Shown here one piece after another: positions 49,703-63,790 of a stretch of DNA of 64,000 bases. How positions within the stretch are numbered: position 1 is the first letter of the stretch; each line of letters starts with the position of its first letter. Position numbers and translations under genes: made by a program. The notes under the pieces are model-generated. The model was given only the letters and a program-made list of their open reading frames with translations, did not search any database and was not told the origin of the DNA. Source of the stretch: Felis catus (lineage: Eukaryota); NCBI RefSeq assembly GCF_018350175.1, contig NC_058368.1:17858001-17922000 (forward strand), written 5' to 3'.

Positions 49703-52700
49703 CTCTCAGATCCTTTTAAAAATCATTGTCATTACATGAGTTTATTTCTGGGGTCATTGCCTAAGAAAGGATATTGTCTTTTTAAATTTGGATTTCAAAA
49801 ATGAAAAGCATTGGGACACAGTTCTTCTGATTTAATGTTTATATTAAAGGAGATAATAAAATAACTCATTTCCATAAGAACATCTTTTGTCATAGTATTG
49901 TATTTCTGGAAGGATATTATCTAATTCGGTAATGAATTTCCTTTTGCATTTAAAATTATCTTAAGCCTTCACGTCAGCCATAGTAACAACATTAGTGTTA
50001 TTCACTAATTCCAGATGAGCCACTCACAGGGTAATTTAAAATGCATCGAGTCACTGGAAAGAGAGGGTGACCGGCAAATGTTGCTTAAGTGCCTACATCA
50101 CCTTGCGTCTTCTTCTTCGTACACTTCGACACTGAAGAACAATGACGATATAAAATAAGGATGGCCAGGCTAGAGACACGTACCCCAAAGTCATATTACA
50201 TATTCAAGAAGCTTGATCTCTTTTGAAGCTGATCCATTAGGAGGCCTCATAACTGTATGACAGAAACAAGTGCACCGTTCAGGCAAAGGACTTTGTTACC
50301 GCCAACACAACACAAACGCGGTCCTCATAAAAAGTCTCAAGGTTTCTAATTTGTAATAACAATTTTTTCTCATTTTGTTTAAAACTCGGTATATGATACA
50401 CTGGGCACTAAAGGAAACGCTTCTGACCAGTCAGAGAGAGAGAATGTTATCTAAGAGGTGCCAACCCTTAACAAATGCACATCCTGGATAGAACCGAGTC
50501 CTTCCGGTTAAAACGAAGATTCTCACCTTCCTCTACTAACATTGCTCCATAATATTATTTTTGTATTGGGTGCGAATAAATACATGCACTATCATGTCGT
50601 CAAATGTACAGAAATCTAACTATACTCCCATTCAGTAGACGCCACGCTTACATTGACGGATGAAAGCCCCAGGAACTTAGCTCCAATTGTATCCCAAGTT
50701 TGTAGTACAGGGACTAGTATATAATAAATTCTAGAAAGGGCTAGTACTCATATGGCTCAGTGACTTTTGGTATACTAAGAAGTATAAATATCTAGAAATT
50801 AGCATTCTGGGTTCGAAGCTTTTGTATTTTCCTTTGTCCAATCATTTCTTACCAAACGCTGGCTTTATGCGTTCTCCCCAGTGTCTTCCTTCTCTCGATG
50901 GATCCCTAACCTACCATACTTTCATGTCCATCCTTGCCAAAGAGGATTTTGACCTTCATGCTATCGCCCAAAGTGGTCTACTTTCAACCAAAGCCACATA
51001 TAGCATCACGTAATAAGCAAGGGGAGCTTCATGGGACACAAGGATGGTACTTCGGGAAGAGACTATAAATAGTCTCAGTTACGGTTAACGTTATATTAAT
51101 AAGGGATTTCTCCTGTCCACTTTCAAGCTATAGATAACATGGCCCGATCTGTTATCAATAAAGTGTATAATCCAGTGAAACCTAAATTCTGTATTCTTGA
51201 GCAGCTGACAACATGCCTGGGATTGTTTGTTCTTTGTGCTGGAAGATTTAGACCTACCTGGTTGAGGTCAGTTCCATGGGCAACACATGCTTCTAGGACC
51301 AGAAACCATTTAATGTTCTATGACCAGAACAAATTATGTCAGGTTTCAAGTTTTGCACTAAACCCAAGAGCTTCTTCATGTTGCTATCAAACTAAGGTAT
51401 GCTTCTAGTTTTAGAGTTGTTATTTGCCTGTGTCCTTGATTCTTAGCTTTAACAGTTGCTTTGAACTTTCCCAAACTGATTATAAAATCAGTAGGGCAGG
51501 GACATACTCTCATAGATGTCTTTATTTACATCCCAGAAACTTTACTGCACATGCCAGGGGTTTGACCACCTTGTCAGAAATCCAGGCTTAAGAACTTCCA
51601 ATTACTTCTATTAGAAATAAGAAATTGCAGTCATAAAAATTTAAGCTAGAAAATGTAAGTTGTGTATCTGACCCGTCTTCTATTCTGTACAGATTCAGTA
51701 GCTCGTGTTCTGCTTCTAAATCATACAGAATCTCATCTCCTTCCACTTGAGATGAACTTACAAAAAGAGCAGTCATCATTTGAACTTTTGTCGAGGGTAA
51801 GAAGGATCTAGGGGCCCACACAATGACTCAAGCCAGAACTCAAACAGAAGCTCTATTTGGCACATTCTCCATTCTATGCCTCAGAGTCCAAACCAGCTCT
51901 ATATTCACTGATAATATACTCTAGTCCTGTCCTGTCCTGTCCCTCAAAACAGGCTGAATCTGCTTCTCAATGGGGACACCTCACTGCCACTCCTCAACCT
52001 CCAAATCCTTCCTCTCTCCTCTGGTTGAAAAGAATGAGGCTTTTGAATTTTGTACAAGCTGACCTAGCAAGGGAAATTAAAGGACTTCTGATTGGGTCCC
52101 ACATCACCTCCTAATGCCCTCAAGAGCAGCTTGGAGACCCTAAAGAGTAACAGTGATGACAGGCTCAGTAGCGTCCTGAAGGGTCTGAGTACCAGGCTGT
52201 AGGGCATCCCTCTGTCCCAGAAGCCAGACACCAAATTGGACAAGTGTCCCTGTAAATGTTCATTCACCATAGTGTCCCCTTTACAAAGAAAAGTGGAATA
52301 TTCCCATCTCTCTCTATGATATTAAAAATTAGTTCCATTTTAGGGAACGTGGCAGACAAGATAAAACATAGTGAGAAATGGAATTTATGAGCTGCTTCCC
52401 GGACATCTGAGCTACAATTCTTGCACTTGTCACCTCTGTTGACAAGCTTGAAATAAAACCATGATTTTTATTTTTAGGTCCCAGATATTCTTCCAGGAAT
52501 TCCCTTTAAATTCATTTTTCTCCTTTGGCAAAAAGAGTTAACATGGAATGAATAATAAATGTACTTATTGTGTTGCTTACACCCTACAGAAGGAAAAAAA
52601 AAAACTGCAGATGACTAGACATTGAAATAATTACTCTTTTTTAGCAAAAGAGAGAAAGATGGCTCAAGACAGCACCAGTTAGTTTTTGCTTAGGACAGGA

Positions 52701-53673
52701 GCTGGAGAGCAAAGTCACTACTTGCCTGTACAATGAGCCACTGCTAAGAAATAATAGATAAAATTCATGCCAGTTCCCTCATTTCCATATAAACATATTT
52801 AGTGATAGATACCTTGTGGACCTTGTCCATTTATTCAATAAATATTCGTGACTTCCTACTATGTTCAAAGTCCAGGCAAAGGAGAAGAAAAGCATTATCA
52901 ATGGGGGACACCCAGTATTTTCATCCTCAGTGGGTAAGGTGCTGAACCAGGCATGTACAAACATGCTCTCGTTTAAAGTCTAGAGACACAGTAATAACAA
53001 ATATACCTTGTTGAACTGATTTAATTTGATGTTCTTATCTCCAATATACAAATGGGGAATCCAGGATTTAGAGAAGCTAATTAACTTGCCCAGTTAGTAA
53101 GAGGTAAAGTTGGAATTCAAATGGTCTATTCGACTCTAATTTTTGTTTTTTTCCAATTCACTGAGCTATTTGTTGGGAAATAAATAAAAACTAATATCTT
53201 GTACTCAGAGTACTTATGGTCTAGAGAGAAAAAAAATACACAGATAAACTGAGAGACCACAACACAGTGAAAATGAAAATGAAGTGATAATTTAAAGGAA
53301 GTGTTGTACAAAGTGCCAAGAAGAAGAGGTAATTTAATGCTGAGGTTTCTCCAAGAATTAACTTATACATTTCAAGACTAGAATCGAGTACTACGTACAT
53401 GCTTAACATAATGCATGGTGCATGGCAGGTCATCAGTAAATAATGTTGAATTATTGGATGAATAGGTAGGATTTCTTTAGGTGAACACAAAGTGGGGAAA
53501 GCATTACTAAAGCAGAGAGCAGCTTATGTATAGATACGCAGATCTCAGAAAAGCCCAGCTTCCTTTGGAGAACTGGAAGAAGGTAAGGGGGCAGTGGGAA
53601 GAGAGGGCCTAGAGGGATGGGCAAGGGCAGACTGTGGAACGTTGTACTTTCCCGTGGTCAAGATTTTGAACTT

Positions 53674-53874
53674 GGGGTGACTGGGTGGCTCATGAGTGTC
53701 CAACTTCGGCTCAGGTCATGATCTCACAGCTCGTGAGCTCGAGCCCGGCGTCAGGCTCTGGGCTGACAGCTCGAAGCCTGGAGCCCGCTTTGGATTCTTT
53801 GTCTCCCTCTCTCTCTGCCCCTAACCCACTTGCGTTCTGTGTCTGTCTCTCTCAAAAATAAATAAACATTAAAG
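53674..53874 (+). mobile_element. SINE nested in L2-like sequence
   Basis: tttgaactt flanks on both sides. Confidence 0.95.
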
Positions 53875-55291
53875 AATTTGAACTTAATCCCACTGGGGAT
53901 GAGATGCATTCCATCACTGGAAAGTTTACAGTGGGGGCAATCAAGATCAGTGTCATCATATCCCACAAATCCAAAGGACACAATCCTCTTCATATTTATA
54001 TGAATAAGGCATTGGGCAAATGTGACAAGGTAGATGAATGAATGATACAACACACTTCCAACTGCATCTAGGGAAGCAGCATATGGAAAAGAGCCTAAAA
54101 GTCACAGTGAGAGTCCAAACTTCCAACTACCATCACATCAGAGAGAAAGAAGGTTCATCAAAAGACATTCACTGTCAAAACTATAGTGCTGGTAATAGAA
54201 TCAAGGAGAAAGTCCACCTGAAAACACTTTCTCCTGTTTGCTATAGATAGGAAGACATTCAGTTAATTAAAAAATTGTAATAAGGGTGGCATTCATGAGA
54301 CATCTAGAGTTTTACAAGCAAACTACACTTAACTGCCTCAGCTTTGCACAAATTATTTGCAAGTTAACTCATGCCAGCATCCTGTATTACAGCTAATGAA
54401 CACACTACAGCTTTCTCCAATGATCTCTGTGAGGAAAGTTTATTGGCATAACTTAAGAGCAAGTATTGAAAACAATCTAGATACGGACCATAGTCCAGTG
54501 ACATACTATTAGGAAACATCCTTTTCTTTCTGGATAAATTGCATCTAGCTTGTAATAGAAACGAGAGGCTGTACTGGTAGGAATGTTTTTTATGCAGATG
54601 AGAATTAATGAATCTCATCGTCTCTGGGTAGATAGCTGTCCTTATATCTTGTTTCCCTTTGGACACAACATTTTAAAAACAGAGAAAAAATAAGAGTACA
54701 CCCAAAGACAATGGAAAAGGTTCTTTTAAATTAGCAAAACGTACTTTGAAGCTCTGGTAATATTCCAGACAACTCAAATCGAAACATTCCATGGGGCTAA
54801 AGCAAGCACACACCTTAAGAAATAAAAGTGTACCACGCAGAAGTGCCACATTTAAAGTAGAAATTTAAAAACCCTGAGCTTTAGGCAGAGACGCTAGTTG
54901 GACTTCTTGTGGATTCCTTGCAAGCACCACACTCTCCATCAACTGCCACACAATGGCTGTGGTTGCCTGGAGGCTTCGCAAATCTCCTAACAGAAGTTCA
55001 GCCATCACATTAAGAGCACGAGAAATTCAACTCAAGAGTAAATAACTTGTGCTGAACAAAATAACACTTTACCGAACATAATTTCATAATTCAACCCTTC
55101 TGCTGCAAGTGTGCTCGAGAAAGGAAAGTTAGGGACAAAAGGTCCCAAGACATAAACTAAGACTGTGAAGAACCATCCTTGCCCTTTGCCAGTAGCCATC
55201 AAAAGGCAACCATTAAAACAGATATGGCTTTTATAGTCTCAGGTGTAGTCGTGTGCTTCTACTTTTTGATCTTTTATTATTGGTTGATGTT

Positions 55292-55490
55292 TATTTTTTT
55301 AATGTTTTATTTATTTTTGAGAGAGCATGAGTGAGGGAGGGACAGAGAGAGGGGGACAGAAGACTCCAAGCTAGGGCTAAGCCCTAAAAGCAGCAAACCT
55401 GACGTGGGGCTCAAACTCACAGACTGTGAGACCATGACCTGAGCTTGAGCTAAAGTCAGAAGCTTAACCCACTGACCCACCCAGGCGCCC
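55292..55490 (-). mobile_element. SINE
   Basis: Antisense body ending caggcgcccc; tgatgttt flanks. Confidence 0.93.
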
Positions 55491-56177
55491 CAATTGACTG
55501 ATGTTTCTAAACGCCTACATGTCAGCTCTACATTAAATATAATGCCAACAGAAAGACCGTGGAACACAGAAATTCTGGAAATTCCCTTCTATCCCTCTCC
55601 CCTGGATGGTTGCGGTGGCTTCCTGCCTGATTGTCTGGCCTCCCTCCAGTATTTGCACAACCCTAAATCATTTTTGCTCCGATGTCAGATCGCTATTCTT
55701 AAAGAACAACACTAAACAGACTCCTGCCCAGGTCAGAAATCTTCAGTGGCTCCCAAATGCCCGCCAAATTAAGTGTAAATTCACCCCTCCTCCGTAAACC
55801 CCAATTGACGTTTTCCAACCTAACCAACACCACAGCTCTACTAACACCAACAATGGCTTTTTAACCAACCTTCATTACAGCATAGCCATTTTTGTCATAA
55901 AATTTTACACATAATCCAAAAAACATAAAGGGAATAAAATGGTTTATTATTAGAATATACTTATTTTACATATTCAAATTTATATCATTTTCTTTTTATA
56001 AAGGTAAATATTAATACTTTTTACTTGTACTGTGTATATAGCCATGGGACCGAATGTGAAGAACTCCTCCAGACTTTGAAAATAAGGTAAATATGGCTAT
56101 CATCCATGAGTTAAAGTTTCAATCAACCCAAAATGGATGAGGAACATAGTCATCTTTAAAAAAGAAAGATGGCTTAT

Positions 56178-56339
56178 GGGTGCCTGGGTGGCTCAGTTGG
56201 TTAAGCGTCTGACTTTGGCTCAGTTGATGATCTCACAGTTTGTGAGGTTGAGCCCTGCATCGGGCTCTGCGCTGATAGCTGGAGCCTGGAAACTGCTTCA
56301 GATTCTGTGTCTTCCTCTCTCTGCCCCTCCCCTGCTCAT

Positions 56340-56378
<39 letters not shown>

Positions 56379-56418
56379 AATAAAAATAAACATTAGAAAA
56401 TTTAAAAAAATAAAATAA
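56178..56418 (+). mobile_element. SINE
   Basis: Head, body, (CT)n and A-rich tail. Confidence 0.95.
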
Positions 56419-56715
56419 AAGAGATAGTTTATTGACCAATAAAACACAAGACAGTTGGAAACCATGTAACACTTGAACTCCAAGCTATGTGTCAAAAGAA
56501 CACTGATTCTAGCAAATATTAATATGTGTTCCACAGAAAGAGATCCACACTTAAACAATATTGGAAAACATTGCATACTATATTATCCTGCTGGCAGATC
56601 AATAGTATTTGTTTCTCATTATAAGCTCTGAAGAAACTGGCTAAAGTTATTTGACCCACTCCTTTTCACACTTACTGTCTTCAAATCCTCCCCTACTTTT
56701 TCAGAAGAACACTTC

Positions 56716-57635
56716 TGTGATACTATGGTTTATAATAAATATAAATCTTGGTTTTCATTCAAGGCTCCTGGCTCTCAAGCTCCCCAAATCCTTGAAATTT
56801 CCGGGGCTATAAGAGCAGTGGGAGCATCTTTGGTTATAAGATTTGGTTCCTTGTCTTCAGTTTTGAAATTGTGTCAGAGCCATGAAGGCGAAGTGGGTAT
56901 CTTATTATTCCCAACAAGACCCTTTGAACCACAACTGGGTTTATGTTAATGAGTGGCACTCAGAAAGCAGCTAAGAATGCGGGTTGGTGGCCAGGGGACC
57001 CAACCATGAATAGCCCGGTGGAAATTTCAGTTCCGCCTCCTGATTTCCAGGGAGGGGAGAGCGACTGCAGGTTGAATCAATCACCAGTGGTCTGTGATAT
57101 AATCAGTCATGCCTGTGTAATGAAGCCTCCATAAAAACCCAAAAGGAGGGGTTTCTGGGAGCTTCCAAGTTGGGGAAGGAGCATATGGGAAAGCTTCCAT
57201 ATGCTATGGTGCCAGGCCCCAAACTCCAGGAAGATAGAAACCCCTTGTTCAAGACCTCCCCTGATGTATCTCTTCATTGGGCTGTTGACTCCTATCGTTT
57301 AATATCCTATGTCATAAACTTGCAAGCTAGTAAGTAAATGGGTTTCCTGAGTTTTGTGAGCTGCTCTAGCAAATTAATCAAACCCAAAGAGGGGGCCATG
57401 GGAACCTGTGATATATAGCCAGTCCATCAGAAGCACAGGTAAAAACTTAAGCTTGTGATTGGCATCTGAAGTGGAGGGCAGGTTTGCAGGACTGAGCCTT
57501 TCGCCTACGGATACTGGTGCTATCTCTGCGTAAATAGTGTCCCACTGAATTGAACTGTAGGACTCTCCGCTGGTGTTGGAGAATTGCTTGTTGGTATGGG
57601 AGAATCCATCCCTCACATTGGAATTTGGTACTGAA
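56716..57635 (+). mobile_element. MER21-like solo LTR
   Basis: tgtgata start; gggaggggagag...aatcagtcatgcctgtgtaatgaagcctccataaaaaccc and ctgctctagcaaattaatcaaaccc motifs. Confidence 0.85.
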
Positions 57636-57894
57636 TCATAACCCATTAATACAGGTTTCTAGAAAAGCAGCTTGGAAAATATTACTGTAACCAACTGAAT
57701 ACTAACTAGTCTCATTTCATGCCACCGACATTTCTAAAACACAAAATTAAAAGGAAATGACAATTATTATCTTGGAATCTAGGTTGCCCGGACACTAGTA
57801 ATTTGTATATTTATTAAACAACAGACAGTCAAAGATGTGAGTGGTCTAGTTTTTGTTTGTTTGTTTGTTTTTTACCAATATCTGAGAATATGGG

Positions 57895-58230
57895 TGTATT
57901 ACTCTAGGGCACCATCTAAGATGCTGAAACAATGAGCGCCTCCAAAATACAAGAGCTTAAACAAGACAGTGGCTTACTTCTCCCCTTGAGGAACATTCGA
58001 CGGTGGTAGGGTAGTTCTGCCATATTCAACATGTGGCTCCCCTCTAGAGCCCAAGGTGGCAGCTCCAGATTCCACCATCCCACGTGTATCTGAGCAGCGG
58101 TAAATGAAATAGGAAAGGAATAAACACCCATTCCTTTCACGATACTGGAAGTACCCCACATCACCTCTATCTATATTCACTGGCCAGAACTTGGTTATCT
58201 ATCACACTTAGCCACAAAGGAAGCTGGTAT
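57895..58230 (-). mobile_element. Old MLT1 (J/K-like) LTR
   Basis: cttaaacaagaca, cccaaggtggcagctcca, cactggccagaacttggt motifs. Confidence 0.7.
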
Positions 58231-59179
58231 AAACTCCCTAGGTACGGTGCTGATGGAAAACTATCAGTCTCTGCCACCACATAGCTCTAGCAAAGACATG
58301 ACCAATTAAGAGAGAAGGGACTCTTCTCAGTTATCGGAGATCGTGTCAAGAATGGAGATCTTTGGGTGTGCTTTCAGAAGTACTGGTTTTACCCTATTTC
58401 TACAGCAGATTAGAAGACATACGGTCTTCCACATTTTCATGTCTGAAACAGGACAATAATGCCACAGATACTTCCCCACTCTTTGTGGCCACAGACAACA
58501 TTCCACAGCCTTCCAACTGCTCTCAAGTTTCCAGTGAAGAATCCACATTTGAACTCAGGATAGTAGCGATCATCAGAGTAATCTTATGGTGGCATATTGG
58601 GTTGTATATATAACTGGCTCACAATCTCAGTATAAAATACGTATGTACCCTTGCTTTGATCCTAGTTCAGAGCTTTCAGAAAAATCAAAACCAGGCTCTG
58701 CTTTGCTGAGCATAAATTCTGTACAAAGAAAAATTAGATTTATGGCACGAAAGAATGTTTTTTTCAGCAATGACAAGTAAAAGACAAGAGATAAGGATTT
58801 TAACATAAAACTAACCTTAAGGCAGTGTGGCAGTAATCAGGACTACCTATAAAAATTCCCATTTTTATTCTTCTCAGGAGCCTACAGTTCAAATGGAACT
58901 TGATCCTGTTCTGATAGTAAACATTTATTTTATGTTTTTGGGGCAAGGAAATAGAAGCTTTCTTGTTAACCCTCCTACCCCCAACCAAGAACAAGTTAAA
59001 TAAAATATGTAAATCACTTTGTGCAGTGCTTAGCACATGGTAGTTCTCAACACAGGGTAGTATTAAGCATTTCAAATATGATTGTGTCCTAGGCTAACAA
59101 GTAATGGTAATAGAAACAACTCTTGGGTCTCGTAAGCAAAGAATTCTATATAAATCAAATTTAAAGATTCCCTGTAACA

Positions 59180-59440
59180 AAGTAGCTCTACAACTGTCCG
59201 TATGCAAAGAACTCAAAGATACATTACAGATGAAAAACAGGGTTCAGAATGTGTAAATAGCATGTTGTCACTGGTTGAAAGAAGATGGGAAAGGAAACAG
59301 ATATGCTTACATGGGCATAAAGGCATTACATACTTTCTGAATGACGCCCAAGAAAGTGGTAACAAGGGATGTCCTTTGGAGGAGACCTGGGTAGGTGGGG
59401 GAAAATATAGCAAGAGATGCTTTTATACTTTTTTTTAAAG
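59180..59440 (+). mobile_element. L1ME-like 3' end remnant
   Basis: caagaaagtggtaacaagggatgtcctttggagg...gggtaggtgggg motif. Confidence 0.55.
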
Positions 59441-59504
59441 CTTTCTTAAAATGTCATTTGAAGACAGATTCACTTTATCTTCCTTTCTGATTGCTTCCTT
59501 TTAA

Positions 59505-59603
59505 AAAATTTTTGTATTTGGGTACAGGTGACACATGTTACATTAGTTTCAGGTTATACAACAGTCACTTGACAAGTCTGTACCTTAGGCTGTGCTCTCC
59601 ACA
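59505..59603 (-). mobile_element. Short carnivore L1 3' end
   Basis: gttacattagtttcaggttatacaacag antisense terminus. Confidence 0.7.
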
Positions 59604-59792
59604 AATTTCCCTCTGTTTATAAGGACATCAGCCATACTGGATTAGGGCCCACCTTAGTCCACTGTGACCTCATCTTAATTTTACAGATGTATGATTACGT
59701 CTGTAATGATCCTATTTCCAAACAAGGTCACAGTCACAGGTACTGGAGTTGACCTCAACATATCTTTTTGAGGGACACAATCAACTCATAAC
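59604..59792 (-). mobile_element. MLT1 LTR fragment
   Basis: tataaggacatcagccatactggattagggcccacc...atttccaaacaaggtcaca. Confidence 0.85.
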
Positions 59793-60799
59793 ACTACTGT
59801 AATCCACATCATCACCCACTACGTTCTACAGACCTTCTCTGTCCTTTCTTTTTGGGGAGAGCTTAAAACAGAAGAGTGGCTGGGTGACTCCAGTGACCAC
59901 TTGTCTTCCCTTAAACATCCGGCCGGTGCCATAAAAGTGAGAATGCATCTCTTGGTGGAAGAAATTTAAGTAAAAATTTCAAAGAACAGAAGGGTAGATA
60001 CGTTTCAGCTGTATTAATAGGAAAGGAAGGTCATTGTATATCACTAAATGGGAACATCAGGCACTCAATCGGGTTGCTATATGAATTCAGGGATAACACA
60101 CACTCTGCTGTACTGGCTGCCAATTTTTACTGCCTAATGTTGACCTACATGGATACATATGCTGTTATATTTTATAGTAAATTGAAGCAAATAAAGAATT
60201 AAATTGAAGCTTTGTTAGAGACAAAAATACCTTTCTTCCGCTGTGATTTTTTTCTCTCCCTTTGAGAATCATAATTACCTGTTCTTAGTTACTACAGTGA
60301 ACAAACAGTTAAGCTCAGAACACAAGAAAGAAGGGGCACAGGGTGAGACAGAGACCATCAGCATTCTCAATAAATAACTCAAGTTAAGTGGAGATCCGAA
60401 TAAATTTACTCAACCATTCACAAAGCATTAAGTGATTACCTACATCAGCCCTCTACTTGGCCCTATGTAGAAAAGGAAAAACCAGACACAATAATCTCAC
60501 CACTCTCCTTATAGATTAAGTGTCCTTTTTATTACCTCGTTAGCAAAAGATCTACCTGTTTGTTAGGTCACAGCCCTAAGTTCACAAGCAGAAAGCGGTA
60601 AACTTGCATTATCAAAACATGGGAACAATCTCTAAAATGTTAAAGAAATATACATTGCACAGTGTCGTTCTCTTTGTTAAATTACACAAGCAAGCGATGC
60701 TCACAAGGGCATGGAAAACATGAGGAAGGAGTGACAGAGGTTGCTTTCATTGCCAGTCTTGTCATTGGCAAACGTGGAGTTGCAACACTCATGTGGGAG

Positions 60800-61170
60800 C
60801 AAGGTCAACAATGGATGCCAGCTGGTGTCCTCAGTCCCTCTGCCCTAATGCCAGAGCCATGCCTCCCCAACGTTCTCCCAGCCAATGATTGAGCACTGTG
60901 GCACTGTGGGGATAATGCTAAGTCTACCCATTTTTGCCCAATTCAGTACTCTTCTAATGGACAATTCAGGCTCAGGGACTTCCCACTGGCCTGGCTGAGG
61001 TCTTCTGAGAACTACACTGAAGTCTGAAGTTCTCCCCATCCAACCTTTCTTCCTTCCTTCTCCCTTTCACCGGCATCAGACCTACACCAAGTCCAGTAGT
61101 TGTCTCCACTGCCACCTGATCTCTCCCTTTTTAACCTTCCCCAGCATTTCCCCCTCCAACACAGCTCTCT
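60800..61170 (+). mobile_element. LTR16-like ERVL LTR remnant
   Basis: gccaatgattgagc, ggcctggctgagg, gtctgaagttctccccatccaacc motifs. Confidence 0.6.
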
Positions 61171-62559
61171 CGCATGCTCGACCAGCAGAGTGCAATTCAC
61201 ATTCTACTTAAACTAGTATAGTAGTGACGTAGAGAATCAGTCAGTAATGAATCCAGTTCCGATATACCTTTTGTCTACTGAAGACTTCATGGGCAGATAG
61301 ATGACAGCCAGCTTCTTTTTAGGCAGCCAGTTGTGCAAAAACAACGAAGCATGATTGTTTTTCAAATCCTTATTCTTAGTTACCTCCTCTCTACACCTAT
61401 TCGAACACATCCACTATCCAAGAGCAGCTCAGACACTTCCCCGAGGTCATTACAAGGCTGATCAGCATGTTCCCTCTGACAGGCTTATACCTCTGCATCT
61501 GTCATTTTGATTAACTCTCTTCCTACTGATGGCAGCCCCTGGGGAATTTTTAAAGTTCATTCACTGTTCTCTGTGGTGTCTTTCCACCTCTCACTCCATC
61601 CCTCCTCCTGCAAGACCCATAAATGCATTTTTGCCTGAAAATAATGGGACGGTTTAGGTCACTGGAGCTCCAAGTTTATAAACAGACACATCGAACAATA
61701 TTATACGATTTTAGCTAAGATGTATAAATGCTAGACGTGGGCTATAAAACACCAGTTCATGAACCAAAGAAATTATAGTTTTGAGGCAAAATAGAAAACT
61801 CAGACGAACACAGTGAGAACCCAGCGTCAAAGGTCACGGGTTGCAGCGTGTGTCAGCCTCAGGCAGATTTATCCTCACGTGTCCAGTTCCTTTCGGACCA
61901 GAGAAGGAGCCTCTACCACCTTCCACGTTAAGAAATTTCAATGCCTTAAAACTGCATTGCAATGTTTTACAAGTTGTAATTACTTAACAGCAATTATTAA
62001 CTTAGAGCTTGGGTTTCCCCATTTATTTGTTTGAATCTCAATCACAACTCCTTTCAATTTCCTTCACGTCTCATTACCAGCCTTTACAATCTTTTTTATC
62101 CATTTTGTGGGTTTTCTCTCACATCGCTTCACTTAAAAACAAAGAAAGAAATGCAACAAAAGCAAAACCCTCAACAACTCAGAGCGCAAACAAGACATAA
62201 CTACCAGGAAGATGTGCCCAAGCCCACTCTACTAAACCATTACCACAGACCTTTGTTGATTCAGCATGTGATCCCGGGACAAAACCACTTTGAAAGGCAG
62301 TGGATAGGTTAACTATACTGGAATTAGACTAAAAAAAATGAATTAAAAGAAGGCAATGGAGAGTCAAGGTAAGGTTACTGTACCAAGGTCAGCCCGGAAT
62401 ACTACAGAGAGCAGGAAATCAATGCCAGGTTGCAAGTTCCATTTCTAACTTTCTACCTCTTACACTATGTTTTTGACTTCTTAGACACCATTTTTCTTAT
62501 TTTTAAAATAACTTGTTGACTAAGCTGGTGGTCAATCTCTGCATGACCAGTGGTGACAC

Positions 62560-63302
62560 GAGTCTTCAGATGTGATGTAGATTTGAGGATCACTTCTTAT
62601 GATTTCTGGACAACCACGTTTAGGCTGAATTTAGTCAAGGTCTAACTTTCAGCTGAGAGGAAATCTAGGGCAGGAGCACACTGGTTGACAGCCCTCCAAA
62701 GGAATCAGATATTTTGCAGAAGATTAGACATCCTAGTGGACAAATAACATGGCCTTTTCAGAAAGTCAGTGTCATGAAGAAAGGGACATATCATGAGTGG
62801 AGGGGGCTGAGAAGACACAAATATTAGATGCCAGGTATAGTTCCAATGGCTCCTGGCTGGGGAAAAAAAAGTCGTAAATAGTGTTTTAGAAATACTTCAT
62901 AGGGGCGCCTGGGTGGCGCAGTCAGTTAAGCGTCCGACTTCAGCCAGGTCACGATCTCGCGGTCCGTGAGTTCGAGCCCCGCGTCAGGCTCTGGGCTGAT
63001 GGCTCGGAGCCTGGAGCCTGTTTCCGATTCTGTGTCTCCCTCTCTCTCTGCCCCTCCCCTGTTCATGCTCTGTCTCTCTCTGTCCCAAAAATAAATAAAC
63101 AAAACAAACAAAAAAAAAAGAAATACTTCAGAAATGTTTATATGAGCTGGTATCAAATCACATAAAGGAATTATTATTAACTTTGTTAGGCATAAAAATT
63201 TTATTTTGACTATACAGAATTTTTTTTTGTTTTTTTTGAGATATCCACTGAAGAAATGAGAGGAAGAATGCGAAGATATCTGTAATTGACTTTAAAATAT
63301 CT
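62560..63302 (+). mobile_element. Old L1 (L1MC/ME-like) 3' end split by a SINE
   Basis: aaagtcagtgtcatgaa, aggaattattattaactttgttagg, gatatctgtaattgactttaaaata motifs. Confidence 0.55.
62902..63118 (+). mobile_element. Young SINE
   Basis: CpG-intact; TSD agaaatacttca at 62888-62899 and 63119-63130. Confidence 0.97.
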
Positions 63303-63351
63303 GGGCATTAAATGTGATCTATTCATCTGCCACACGGCTATTCATCTGCCC

Positions 63352-63552
63352 CAAAGATTAGCAAACGTCTTCTGTAAAGGGCAAAAGAGTAAATGCTTTA
63401 GGCTTCGTGGGCCAAACAGACACTGTTGCTCTTACTCACCTTTACTGCTGTAGCACAAAGGCAAATATAAACAATACATAAATAAATGTGTGTGGTGTGT
63501 TTCAATAAAACTTTATCTACAAGAGCCTACAGGGCATAGTTTCCTGACCCCT
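63352..63552. mobile_element. MER58A-like hAT MITE
   Basis: gcaaacgtcttctgtaaagggc...aataaaactttat...gggcatagtttcctgacccctg. Confidence 0.85.
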
Positions 63553-63790
63553 GATCTATCCCCTTCATTTAAAAATAGATAGGGCTGGGCTCATATGCAA
63601 TATAATCCTTGGGCAAAATATACAACATGGCATTACCTTAGACTTTTAGTTCTCTTTTCCTTTGCTTTTGGAACAGCAGCAGCATATAGTTCTACTCTGA
63701 GATCCATTATATCTGGCAAGTGTTTTCCTACACAGCTAGGCTTTTCTCCATCATGTGACTCAGAGATTTCATTAAAAAAATCAATATGCT

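Noticed and set aside
51059..51076. gagactat-aa-atagtctc palindrome
   Set aside because: 8-bp arms are expected by chance in 64 kb.
2426..63156. Recurring ORFs with [30 protein letters not shown] or SSSS
   Set aside because: Translations of SINE bodies and microsatellites, not proteins.
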